DNA from: an uncultured Salinisphaerales bacterium
GTDB taxonomy: Bacteria; Pseudomonadota; Gammaproteobacteria; Nevskiales; Nevskiaceae
Reading direction: 5' to 3'
Length of the DNA stretch: 64,000 nucleotides
Assembly (NCBI GenBank): GCA_964581385.1
Contig: CAZOOK010000002.1
Coordinates: forward strand, 1-64,000
Shown: positions 1 to 9,073 of the stretch, piece after piece
How positions within the stretch are numbered: position 1 is the stretch's first letter
Layout of the letters: each line of letters starts with the position of its first letter
Program-made: the position numbers and the translations under genes
The notes under the pieces: model-generated
Database searches by the model: none
Told to the model about the DNA's origin: nothing
Seen by the model: the letters and a program-made list of their open reading frames with translations, nothing else

Positions 1-72
1 GATTCGAACCTACGTAGGCGTAAGCCAGCAGATTTACAGTCTGCCCTCGTTGGCCGCTTGAGTACCCCTCCC
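1..72 (-). tRNA. tRNA-Tyr (anticodon GTA), 5' 72 nt only; the 3' end lies off the window edge
   Basis: Reverse complement of 1-72 reads GGAGGGGTACTCAAGCGGCCAACGAGGGCAGACTGTAAATCTGCTGGCTTACGCCTACGTAGGTTCGAATC. This gives a 7-bp acceptor stem start, a D-arm, an anticodon loop CTGTAAA (GTA), a long type-II variable arm and a GGTTCGAATC T-arm. It closely matches E. coli tRNA-Tyr. Confidence 0.85.
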
Positions 73-377
73 GGCGATCCACACATCTGACCGGCATCTA
101 ACCGGAAGAGTCGGGTATTGTTCTGGACGCGACGAGCGCCTGTCAAGAACGAGCCGGCTGACAGCCGAGCGGCCGGGAAGGACGCCTCAGGGATGGCCGA
201 CCAACGTTCCCGCCTTCCCAAAATTGCAATGCGCAGCATATTGGCCGTGATTATTGACTATGGCGCCGCAAACGCGCGGCGCGTATAAAGGTCTTCGAAG
301 ATCAGTTGGCATAACAAAAAAATAAAGCTCTTTCTTGACGGCGCAATGCAGTCGTCACCCAAAAACGGGGGTTTGTC

Positions 378-1496
378 ATGAAACATCTATGCAGCCAGGT
401 TAAACGCGTTCTCCACATTGCGGCAGCCATCGGCATCGTATCGGGATGCGGCGCGACTACCGATGCCACCGCGAGCAGTCCCGCACCGGTGAAACACGTT
501 TTCATCATCGTGCTGGAAAACGAAAACGGTAGCACCACTTTTGGTGCGCATTCGTCAGCCCCATTTCTCGCCCAGACGCTGACTGGCATGGGCGCCTATC
601 TGCCGAATTACTACGGCATCGGGCATCACAGCCTCGATAACTACATCGCGATGATCAGCGGCCAGCCCCCAAATAGGAAAACTCAGGCGGATTGTTCTTA
701 TTTCACCGATTTCAACACCAAGTCATCAGGTGGCGAACCAGGCATTCCAGCTGGCAGCGGCTGCGTCTATCCAACCAGCGTACAAACCCTCGCCAGTCAG
801 CTCGACACCGCCGGTTTCAACTGGAAGGGATACATGGAAGACATGGGCAATGACCCTTCGCGGGAATCGGCGACCTGCGGTCATCCAAAAATCGGTGCCA
901 AAGATAATACCCAGTCCGCCGAAGCAAAGGATCAGTATGCGACGCGCCACGATCCATTCGTTTACTTTCACAGCGTCATCGATAACCAGACCTATTGCGA
1001 CCAGCACGTGGTCAATCTGACGGCGCTGGGCACCGATTTGCAACGGATCGCCACGACGCCGAATTTCGTGTTCATCACCCCGAACCTCTGCAACGATGGC
1101 CACGACACGAATTGTAAGAACGGCGATGCCGGTGGCCTGCCACAAGCAGACGCGTTTCTGCAGCAATGGGTACCGCAAATCCTGCAATCACCCGCGTATC
1201 AGTCGGACGGCCTCTTGATCGTCATGTTCGATGAGGCGGAAAACGATAACAGCGCATGCTGCAACGAACCGACGGGCCCGAACACGAAAAAGCCAGGAAG
1301 GTCCGGTCCCGGCGGCGGCAAAACCGGCGCCGTGCTGCTATCTCCGTTCATTAGGCCCGGCACGGTTTCCAATACGGCATACAACCACTATTCGCTGCTG
1401 AATAGCATTGAAAGCACATTCGGCCTCGGCTACCTCGGGTACGCAGGACAGGCTGGCCTGCAAGGTTTCGGCAGCGACGTGTATACGAACCCGTAA
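378..1496 (+). CDS. Phosphoesterase family lipoprotein (acid phosphatase / phospholipase C-like, PF04185-type)
   Basis: 372 aa. Signal peptide with lipobox (IVSGCG). Motifs VFIIVLENENGS and ITPNLCNDGHD are typical of the phosphoesterase (AcpA/PlcN) family. High GC3 coding pattern. Confidence 0.65.
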   Translation: MKHLCSQVKRVLHIAAAIGIVSGCGATTDATASSPAPVKHVFIIVLENENGSTTFGAHSSAPFLAQTLTGMGAYLPNYYGIGHHSLDNYIAMISGQPPNRKTQADCSYFTDFNTKSSGGEPGIPAGSGCVYPTSVQTLASQLDTAGFNWKGYMEDMGNDPSRESATCGHPKIGAKDNTQSAEAKDQYATRHDPFVYFHSVIDNQTYCDQHVVNLTALGTDLQRIATTPNFVFITPNLCNDGHDTNCKNGDAGGLPQADAFLQQWVPQILQSPAYQSDGLLIVMFDEAENDNSACCNEPTGPNTKKPGRSGPGGGKTGAVLLSPFIRPGTVSNTAYNHYSLLNSIESTFGLGYLGYAGQAGLQGFGSDVYTNP

Positions 1497-1734
1497 AACG
1501 GGTGCTCTGTCCAAAGGCTTCTGCCCGCGCTTAACCGGATCCGATGCGGCAACAAGGTGTTGTGGCCAATCGCCAGCTTGCGCGTCCGCCCGGCACGAGC
1601 CATTGCACGAAATGCTTCTCCAAACCCCGGTCCGATGGGAAATGACGAGAATTGAATAACACGGTAAAAATAACCAAACCATCCAAATAAAGTGGTAGCT
1701 TGGCAAAATATCATCCGCGGACAAGGAGGACGCA

Positions 1735-2643
1735 ATGAAAGCCGAGCGAAAATCCAAAGCGAGGAAGGTCATATCGGAGGTTGACGGCGAACTTCTGCGC
1801 GATGCGCGCGAGGTCACGACCATCGAGGAGCGCTGGCATGTACTGGGTGACAGCAAGCCACCCGGCCGCTCGCAAAAGAATTACAAATACCTCGACGAAC
1901 TCGTCCGCTTGCAATTTGAACTGCTGAAGCTGCAGGAATGGGTCCGGGTGCAGGGGCTTAAGGTATGCGTACTCTTCGAGGGGCGCGATGCTGCCGGCAA
2001 GGGTGGCGTCATCAAGCGCATCACAGAAAGCCTGAATCCGCGCGTGTGCCGGGTGATTGCACTGGGGACACCGACCGAGCGCGAGCGTTCGCAGTGGTAT
2101 TTCCAGCGCTACGTTCAGCATATGCCGGCGGCGGGCGAGATCGTGCTGTTCGATCGCAGCTGGTACAACCGCGCGGGCGTCGAACGCGTGATGGGCTTCT
2201 GCACGGACGCCGAATACGAAGAATTCCTGCGCTCCTGTCCGCTGTTCGAAGAGATGCTCGTGCACTCAGGCATTCACCTGATCAAATACTGGTTTTCGGT
2301 CAACGATGAGGAACAGGAGCGACGCTTCATCGAACGCATGCGCAATCCGATCAAGCGTTGGAAACTCAGTCCGATGGATATCGAAGCGCGCAAGCACTGG
2401 GTCGAATATTCAATGGCCAAGGATATGATGCTGAAGCACACCGATCGCAAGAAGACGCCCTGGTTCATCGTCAACGCGGACAACAAGAAGAAGGCACGAC
2501 TGAACTGCATTGCGCACCTGCTATCCCAGATTCCATACAAGGATCTGCGCCCGATGGAAATGGATTTGCCGCCGCGTCAGCCGGACACCAGCTACAGACG
2601 ACCCAAGAAATCCGGACAAAACTGGGTGCGCGAAATCTTTTGA
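1735..2643 (+). CDS. ppk2: Polyphosphate kinase 2 (PPK2) family protein
   Basis: 302 aa. Walker A-like GRDAAGKGG and the conserved PPK2 core (RSWYNRAGVERVMGF, LIKYWF, FIERM...KRWKLS). Confidence 0.85.
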   Translation: MKAERKSKARKVISEVDGELLRDAREVTTIEERWHVLGDSKPPGRSQKNYKYLDELVRLQFELLKLQEWVRVQGLKVCVLFEGRDAAGKGGVIKRITESLNPRVCRVIALGTPTERERSQWYFQRYVQHMPAAGEIVLFDRSWYNRAGVERVMGFCTDAEYEEFLRSCPLFEEMLVHSGIHLIKYWFSVNDEEQERRFIERMRNPIKRWKLSPMDIEARKHWVEYSMAKDMMLKHTDRKKTPWFIVNADNKKKARLNCIAHLLSQIPYKDLRPMEMDLPPRQPDTSYRRPKKSGQNWVREIF

Positions 2644-2747
2644 AGCGTGACGAGGCAACATCCGGGCAATCGAGGCCGTCAGCTTGTAAATAGTTACTGG
2701 GCTTTTGTGATGCAGAACGCCGTCGCACATCCATCCGCAGGCGTCAC

Positions 2748-3245
2748 TCACACTAACTGACGCAACGCAGTCGCGATCGGAAGGCACATTCGACGCTGCG
2801 CTCCCCCGGACAGCAACACGAGTCCATAGTGCTCGCAAAATCGCTGCGCCGCCGCGTCGCCGGCATCGACGAGCATGGCGAACATCCCGATCTCCGCGCG
2901 TGTGGTGCGAATCAGTGCGTCGCTCAGCAAAACGGAACTGAGCCCGATGCCCTGATAGATGCTGGCGACTGCGAGCCGTTCCAGCAGCGTGACTGGCACT
3001 ACTGGATAGCGGGCCAGCTTCCTCGTCGCTTCCGGTGACACGGCATCGAGCGTAATGCTGGTAGCCATGAGCGTGTAATAGCCGGCTACCTCTTGAGTCT
3101 CCACGTTGACGGCGACAAAACATGCAGCATCTCCGCGTTCAATGTCCTGCGATGCCTGCTGGCGAAGGTAGCGATCCAGCGGTGCCGATCCACTCGCGAA
3201 TTGCGACCGCTCGTGGATATCCGCCAATTGTTCGATGCGAAACAC
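2748..3245 (-). CDS. GNAT-family acetyltransferase toxin (TacT/KacT-like) of a type II toxin-antitoxin pair
   Basis: 165 aa GNAT fold. Sits 10 bp downstream of a DUF1778 antitoxin gene in the canonical antitoxin-then-toxin order. Confidence 0.7.
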   Translation of the reverse strand: MFRIEQLADIHERSQFASGSAPLDRYLRQQASQDIERGDAACFVAVNVETQEVAGYYTLMATSITLDAVSPEATRKLARYPVVPVTLLERLAVASIYQGIGLSSVLLSDALIRTTRAEIGMFAMLVDAGDAAAQRFCEHYGLVLLSGGAQRRMCLPIATALRQLV

Positions 3246-3255
3246 GCTTACCGAC

Positions 3256-3543
3256 TCACTTCACAATCATCGAACGATGACGCGCGAAGGCCCGTGCAAG
3301 CGCGGGCGTATGGTCCGGCGGGGTCAGCAGCAGCGCCGCAAATTGTTCCTGCGCCTCATGCGGCAGTCGAAGAGTTTCAACTCCGGCGATCGCTTTCTGG
3401 GCAGCGTCCCGGGCCGCAGCCGAAATGAACTCGCCGACATCGGTCCCCCGAAGTTCGGCCGCGTGCTGAATAGCAGCAAGCACATCGGGCGCAACCTTAA
3501 TCTCAATGTGAACGGGACCGGTAGTCTCTTTCCGCAACGTCAT
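3256..3543 (-). CDS. DUF1778-family (RHH-like) antitoxin partner of the GNAT toxin
   Basis: 95 aa. Pattern EIKVAPDVLAAIQHAAELRGTDVGEFISAAARDAAQKAI is typical of DUF1778/TacA antitoxins. Lies immediately upstream of the GNAT gene on the same strand. Confidence 0.7.
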   Translation of the reverse strand: MTLRKETTGPVHIEIKVAPDVLAAIQHAAELRGTDVGEFISAAARDAAQKAIAGVETLRLPHEAQEQFAALLLTPPDHTPALARAFARHRSMIVK

Positions 3544-3839
3544 TATCTTGAAATCCGTGAACCTCTAAAAGCCAAGGGCCCGAGGGCCTAAAGTGCTGCA
3601 GAAATGCCGCACTACCAACGTTTCCAGCCACACAAGAGGCCTTCATACCAACCACGATATTGCAATACAAGAGTGTCTTGTTTTCCAAGCGCTCTTGCAA
3701 GCCTGTCTTCGCCCACTTTGATTGGCCATCAATCTTACTACGACGCCCCAGCTGCTCTACGACCGCGTCTGTTGTGCGCGCTTCTGGACTCAAGCTCTTC
3801 AGCTTGTGCGCTATATTGAAGAACACGAGTGGAGAATTC

Positions 3840-5132
3840 ATGGTCGATTCCGAATGGGTCCCAGGGGATATGCTGGGCCTGCAGATTCCCGCGCACAGCG
3901 AATCCCTACGGGCCGGAGGAGAGTCTTTTCTCAACAAGGCGTTCCACGCTACCGGCGCGCTGGAAGCAGATAACCGAGTCACGCGAATCACTCAACTTGA
4001 GGCATGCCCTGGCGGCAGCACGGGCAGCAAGCTGCTGTTATCGGTCGCGTACGAAAAGCCGGCCCCTGACTTGCACACCGAGCTATTCGTGAAGTTCTCG
4101 CGCGACTTCGGTGATGCAATTCGGGACCGATCGAAGAATCAAATGGAGTCGGAAGTGCGGTTCGCGTTGCTGTCGAGAACTCCAGGGTTTCCGATCGCCG
4201 TACCCGCGTGTCTCTTCGCTGATTATCATCAGGACTCAGGCACCGGCATTTTGATCACTCAGCGTGTTGGGTTCGGGACAGGTGGAATCGAGCGTCCTTA
4301 CGAGAAGTGCCTGGATTACGAAATGCCGGAGCAGTTGGAACACTACCGGGCTCTGCTCAAAGCCGTTGCCAGACTTGCGGGAACGCACAAAGCGGGTCGC
4401 CTTCCAGATAGTGTTTCCCGGCAATTTCCGTTCGATCAGAACAAAGCGTCCGCAAGTGATCGCATCCGCTACACAGAAAAACAACTGCTGAACAGAGTAG
4501 CCAGGTTCTCCGAGTTTTCTGCCAACTTTCCACAGCTCCTGCCCCGGAACATTACTTCTTCAGCGTTCCTCTCGCAGCTTGCGGACGAGGTCCCGCGTTA
4601 TCTAAAACACGAACTCGCTATCAAACAGTTTCTGCACAGCAGGCCCGAGTTCATCGCCCTGTGTCACTGGAATGCCAATGTCGATAACGCATGGTTTTGG
4701 CGCGATGCTCACAGCGAGCTCGAATGTGGTCTTATGGATTGGGGCCGTGTCGGTCAAATGAATATCGCACTGGCAATCTTTGGTGCCTTGAGTGCGGCAG
4801 AAACTGAGCTCTGGGATAAAAGTCTCGCTGAGCTCTTGGCGCTCTTCGTGGCGGAATTTCATCGCTGCGGAGGGCCGGCTCTTGATGTTCAGGAATTGAA
4901 ATTCCATTTGCTTCTGTTCGTAGCAATGATGGGGCTCGCATGGCTAATGGACGCGCCCGCACTCATTCAGGCACAAATACCCGAGCTTGCCGAGATGGAA
5001 AGCCGTTTCGATCCGCGATTCAAGGCGAATGAAACCGCGCGTGTACAGCTTCACATGATGACCACGGTTCTGAACCTGTGGCAAACCGAAGACTTCGGGG
5101 TAGTCCTCGATCAGTTTCTCAGCCGAACCTGA
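3840..5132 (+). CDS. Phosphotransferase (APH/CHK-like kinase fold) family protein, hypothetical
   Basis: About 430 aa from the ATG at 3840, with a GGAGA RBS 8 nt upstream. The ORF track extends it to 3660 without support. Brenner-like motif CHWNANVDN and DWGRVG (DFG-like), as in aminoglycoside/choline-kinase-like phosphotransferases. GC is lower than in the surroundings. Confidence 0.5.
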   Translation: MVDSEWVPGDMLGLQIPAHSESLRAGGESFLNKAFHATGALEADNRVTRITQLEACPGGSTGSKLLLSVAYEKPAPDLHTELFVKFSRDFGDAIRDRSKNQMESEVRFALLSRTPGFPIAVPACLFADYHQDSGTGILITQRVGFGTGGIERPYEKCLDYEMPEQLEHYRALLKAVARLAGTHKAGRLPDSVSRQFPFDQNKASASDRIRYTEKQLLNRVARFSEFSANFPQLLPRNITSSAFLSQLADEVPRYLKHELAIKQFLHSRPEFIALCHWNANVDNAWFWRDAHSELECGLMDWGRVGQMNIALAIFGALSAAETELWDKSLAELLALFVAEFHRCGGPALDVQELKFHLLLFVAMMGLAWLMDAPALIQAQIPELAEMESRFDPRFKANETARVQLHMMTTVLNLWQTEDFGVVLDQFLSRT

Positions 5133-5354
5133 AGTTTCATATGCGATCAAGCCCACTGGACAGTGGTGCACCGCCCACACCGTCGCGCTCAAACTCAAAA
5201 CCGGTGATTTCCAGATTCTCAGGCGCAACCTCACCCCGTCGATGTGCCCTCTCGGGCGACGAACCCGCGCACATTGCACGGACGCTGCCCTGCTCAACGC
5301 ACGACAGCGCTATCACCTCGTCGGGTGAGGTTGAGCAATTTTCGAGAAATCATC

Positions 5355-5398
5355 GATGATCCGCGGCCGACTCCATATGAATAGCGCCGCGGATCATC
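5355..5398 (-). terminator. Perfect 13-bp-stem hairpin just 3' of the histone-like gene, probable terminator
   Basis: GATGATCCGCGGC ... GCCGCGGATCATC inverted repeat with a 17-nt loop. On the minus strand it is followed by TTTCT. Contains the 13-mer GCGGATCATCGAT, which recurs at 54.3 and 55.9 kb. Confidence 0.45.
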
Positions 5399-5413
5399 CC
5401 TTCGACCGGTGCC

Positions 5414-5965
5414 TTATCCCCTGGTGACAGTCGACAGCCGTACGACATCGTCGATCAGCGAACTCAGAATCTCCGACACCGGTGCTGGAGTGGTACGCGC
5501 GAGCTGTTGGAGAACTGTCAGCTTTTCTCTAGAACGTTTGATCGGTGACAGCCGGATCAGCACCATATTAAGCGCTGCGTGCAACTCCCGTGGCACATGA
5601 ACGGGCAGCGATGTCTTGGCGCGGCCAGCTTTGTATGGCTTGGAAGCGGCTGCTTTTTCGACAACCACACCCTCCAGCGGCTTTGTCGCCGATGCCAGAC
5701 GCAGCTTGCGCGTCGCCGTGTCCTCTGCGATGAGTTGCTCATCGCGCAGCGACTTCAGGTTGAGATAAAGCGCGGCATCCGAAAACTTTCCGCGCTTCAA
5801 TAATTCCGCGCGCGTCTTCGGACCACTGGCGAGAAGCTTCAATATCCGCTTTCGAACTCCGCCAACGCGGCGGCGGATGGGGGGCTTAGTTGTTTCGACA
5901 ACCTTTTTCGACGGAGCAGGAGCGGCTGCTTTCGCTTTCGCTTTCACCTTCTTCTTTATCGGCAT
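5414..5965 (-). CDS. Lysine/alanine-rich histone H1-like DNA-binding protein, hypothetical
   Basis: 183 aa. The N-terminal KKKVKAKAKAAAPAPSKK tail resembles histone H1 / AlgP-type tails. Rest of the protein is basic. An AT-rich upstream region (5966-6300) fits a promoter. Confidence 0.45.
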   Translation of the reverse strand: MPIKKKVKAKAKAAAPAPSKKVVETTKPPIRRRVGGVRKRILKLLASGPKTRAELLKRGKFSDAALYLNLKSLRDEQLIAEDTATRKLRLASATKPLEGVVVEKAAASKPYKAGRAKTSLPVHVPRELHAALNMVLIRLSPIKRSREKLTVLQQLARTTPAPVSEILSSLIDDVVRLSTVTRG

Positions 5966-6550
5966 AGCGGGCCTCTGATGGCGGTCGGTGGATTCCGAGG
6001 TAGCGATTGTGTTCCGTATTGAGAATTTATGAAAGTTCGCCTGACCTGCGGGGCTTTGTGGAAGTATACATACGATAGTTGGTACTTCAGCATATTTTGC
6101 CCCATCCGTCTTCTCCAGCCATTCGGAACAGAGGCCAATACAGCTTCTGACAATACTTTATGCGCGATATCATTTTATATTACAGGGCTTCAAAACCCGA
6201 TATATACAGCGGAACAAGGAGTGGTCTTTGAGCCTTGAACCAAGAGCTTAATGGAGGAGCGAACGGTCTCTCCGCTGGGGTGCTGATTGAACTTGTTTGG
6301 AATTGAATCATGGAATCGATTTCATCACCATCAAAATACATCAAGTCCATTTCCAATCAGCGTGGTCCAACACCATAACGAGCCGAAGTGGTACTCAAAG
6401 ATCAGAAAGTAAGTCCGACAGGCTGCTAGGCCGCATTTCTCGCAGGGTCTCAGGAGAACCCGTGCACATGGCCGCACCGCGGTCTTTGAGTCGGGTTGTT
6501 TATAAAGGTGTCGGGTTTCTCCGGCGACCTTTGTGAGAAATGCGATTTAT

Positions 6551-6815
6551 GGCCTATTAACACTGATTTTGATCGCTGCGACGGAGACCGTACGGGCACA
6601 GCGCAAGGAACGAACGACGTGGTGTACTTGAAGTACATGAGGAGTGAGAGACGTGGCGCTGTGCCCATACGGTCCCGTCCCTCCGGGTTGTGCCCAAAAG
6701 GGCGCCATGCCGCGTTGCGCCTCGCTCATGTGGAGTGACCACACTTCGCTCGCCGCGCCTTGCCTGGCGCCCCTTTGGGCGACAACGCAGCGATCAAAAT
6801 CAGTGTTAACAGGCC
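6551..6815. repeat. About 265-bp imperfect-palindromic interspersed repeat (MITE/ERIC-like), copy A
   Basis: Terminal inverted repeats ATTAACACTGATTTTGATCGCTGCG / CGCAGCGATCAAAATCAGTGTTAA, plus nested internal inverted repeats (GGGCACAGCGC...GCGCTGTGCCC). The core is about 80% identical to the copy at 61528-61800. Abuts the stop codon of the hydrolase gene. Confidence 0.7.
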
Positions 6816-7574
6816 CTAGCTATACAGCCAGCGCCGTACCTCTGCGGTTACCCACGCACCATCATCGAGCGGAAGATCATGTCCCGCGTCAGGATGCTCG
6901 GCGATGTCGCATTGCCATGCGTTTGCGAGTTGTCGCGAGCAGCGTGTGTCGACCAAGCCGTCCTGTGCGCTGGCCAGCACTAGCAGACGTGTCGAGGGGG
7001 GGGTTACCGGCGCACAGAAGCGCGCGGCTGCAAGCAACTGGCGCAAGGCATTCGCGCGAGATACCGGTTGTTCCAACCGCCACCGCTCCCAGTCATCAAG
7101 CACAGTGCGAGTGCGATCCAACCGCCGGCTAGTCAGCTGCAGAATCGTTTCCTCGCAGATACGTGCGCCAGGAGTGGTGAAGATCATGCGCAGCACTGGA
7201 AGGTAGGCTGCCGGACGTAACCGATGATGAAATGGACTGAATGGTCGCACGCTAGTGTTGATCAACACACAGGCCTGCAGTTCCTGCGGATAGCGGGCCG
7301 CCCAGGCGATCGTGACCATCGCACCGAGTGACATGGCCAGCACGTTCCACGGCGGCGGAATGCCGCGCCGGTGTAATTCCTCGCGACACCAAGTCGCCAT
7401 GGCTTCCACGCCCGACGGGCTGGATTCACCATGCAGGTAACCATTGCCAGGCAGGTCAAGCGCCACCACTTCGGCATCCGGAATCTGCTGGCGGAACATC
7501 TGCGGAAAGCTTCCCCAATGACGACTGTCGCGCGTCAGACCGCGCAGGAAGATCCACGGCGTCGCTCGGCTCAT
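6816..7574 (-). CDS. Alpha/beta-fold hydrolase (esterase-like)
   Basis: 252 aa. Nucleophile-elbow-like AMSLGAM. Overall alpha/beta hydrolase pattern. Shares a 4-bp overlap with the upstream M14-like gene, so the two are probably an operon. Confidence 0.5.
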   Translation of the reverse strand: MSRATPWIFLRGLTRDSRHWGSFPQMFRQQIPDAEVVALDLPGNGYLHGESSPSGVEAMATWCREELHRRGIPPPWNVLAMSLGAMVTIAWAARYPQELQACVLINTSVRPFSPFHHRLRPAAYLPVLRMIFTTPGARICEETILQLTSRRLDRTRTVLDDWERWRLEQPVSRANALRQLLAAARFCAPVTPPSTRLLVLASAQDGLVDTRCSRQLANAWQCDIAEHPDAGHDLPLDDGAWVTAEVRRWLYS

Positions 7575-8623
7575 TGCCTCGCCTTGCCGTACCAGCGTGC
7601 CATGGCCTGTTTCTGGTGCTGTTCACGTGCCTCGCCGGTCGGCAGCCAGAGCGGGTGACCACTCGCGGCGCGCGTGAGGAAATCCAGCAGCGCGATGTGA
7701 CGGCGCATGACACGCTGCTGGCGGTGCGCGATGAGCGGATTGAAGATGCCGTGGCGCGAAAAGAGCTGGCGCGGATTTTTCTTGATCCACAGCCACGATC
7801 CCATTTCCAGTGTGAGCGGCAAGAAAATCCGATCGGGATCGCTGCTCGCGCGCAAGTAGAGATGGTCCCAGAGATCGCCGTGCGTGAGATATTGATGACT
7901 CTGCGGCTCGAACACATACGGGTGATGGGCATGGGTTTGCTCGAAGATCACCCGCAACGCGTGGACCTCCGCGAGATGCTTGATCGGTGTAGTGGTATGC
8001 GCGTAGGGAAACCAGATGCGGTCGTGCATGCCGAAACCGGAATGGCAATCCACGGCGAGGCTGAAGCGGTGGGTCAACAGCTCCTCTTCGACCAACGCGC
8101 ATAGCGCGGCAGCTTCTATTTCCATCGGCGCACCGTGGTTGCCTCGATACCAAGGCAAGCTGGGGCTAATGCGGTGTCCTCCGAGCAGGAAAGGCACTTG
8201 CTCAGCTGCCTCAATAGGCGCATTACGCATGAGATCCACGCCACCCGGATTGGCGCGCGTCCGCAGCCAAAGGCCACCCGGATTCACCAGCGGCATAAAT
8301 ACCAGCCGCACACCTAGCAGGTGCTGGTGCAATACGGTGTCCCAGCGCAGACGCATCACCAAGCTGCGCACGAACGCCATAACCACTTCCGCGCCGATGC
8401 GTTCAAGTCCATGCACACCGCCGAAGAACCCCACCGCGGGGACGTCAGGCGACGGATTACCAAGCGTCAAGGCGTGGACGGGAAAATGTTGATCGCCCGC
8501 CCGCGCCTCGCATACGATGCGCGCCTGCAGCTGCGGACGACCTTCGTCGATAAGGCGTTGAAGCTCGATCAGCTCGGGCAGATCTTTGGCGATCACTCGG
8601 CGCGTTATGAATGGGATAACCAT
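7571..8623 (-). CDS. M14-like zinc carboxypeptidase family protein (DUF2817 / AstE-AspA superfamily)
   Basis: 350 aa. HxxE zinc motif in GGVHGLERIG. Conserved Arg/His-rich C-terminal half typical of M14-like deacylases. Confidence 0.5.
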   Translation of the reverse strand: MVIPFITRRVIAKDLPELIELQRLIDEGRPQLQARIVCEARAGDQHFPVHALTLGNPSPDVPAVGFFGGVHGLERIGAEVVMAFVRSLVMRLRWDTVLHQHLLGVRLVFMPLVNPGGLWLRTRANPGGVDLMRNAPIEAAEQVPFLLGGHRISPSLPWYRGNHGAPMEIEAAALCALVEEELLTHRFSLAVDCHSGFGMHDRIWFPYAHTTTPIKHLAEVHALRVIFEQTHAHHPYVFEPQSHQYLTHGDLWDHLYLRASSDPDRIFLPLTLEMGSWLWIKKNPRQLFSRHGIFNPLIAHRQQRVMRRHIALLDFLTRAASGHPLWLPTGEAREQHQKQAMARWYGKARQ

Positions 8624-8967
8624 TTACCATATCGGGTTAATGTTTCACCTTGTTGACGTCTGGCTGACGGACGGTGCGCATCGTCACGAATCCGCCACTG
8701 CCATGTCACAGTCACTTGTTAAGCTGTGACATCGGCCCTTTTTCCGGCTTATCGGAAGCGGGCGGCAGGTGAGAAGTGACCATGCTCGAAATCGTTCGCA
8801 ATATTAAGCCCTATCCTCCCATGGCTGTGGGTAGCGCCGTATTATGGGGAGTGATGGAATTTGTAGCGCTGCGGCGGGCGCAGTCGAGTGCACGCGCGCG
8901 TCACCAAGCGTAAACAGTAATATGGTCGACGTCCGCAGGGACTGCCGGCTCCGTTGCTCCTGAAACA

Positions 8968-8996
8968 GTAAAAAGGCCCCGCAATTGCGGGGCCTA
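8968..8996 (-). terminator. Rho-independent terminator of the secreted-protein operon
   Basis: GGCCCCGCAATTGCGGGGCC perfect hairpin (8975-8994) followed on the minus strand by TTTTT. Lies 80 bp 3' of the stop at 9074. Confidence 0.8.
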
Positions 8997-9073
8997 AATG
9001 TTTACACGGACGTAATGTGGGAGTCGCGAAAGACGGGACCGCGGATTGGCGCCACGGTCCCGAATTCAGCCGG

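Noticed and set aside
3660-3839. N-terminal 60-aa extension of the kinase-like ORF (MQYKSVLF...)
   Set aside because: No RBS. The ATG at 3840 has a GGAGA RBS at ideal spacing. The extension lies in an AT-rich promoter-like region.
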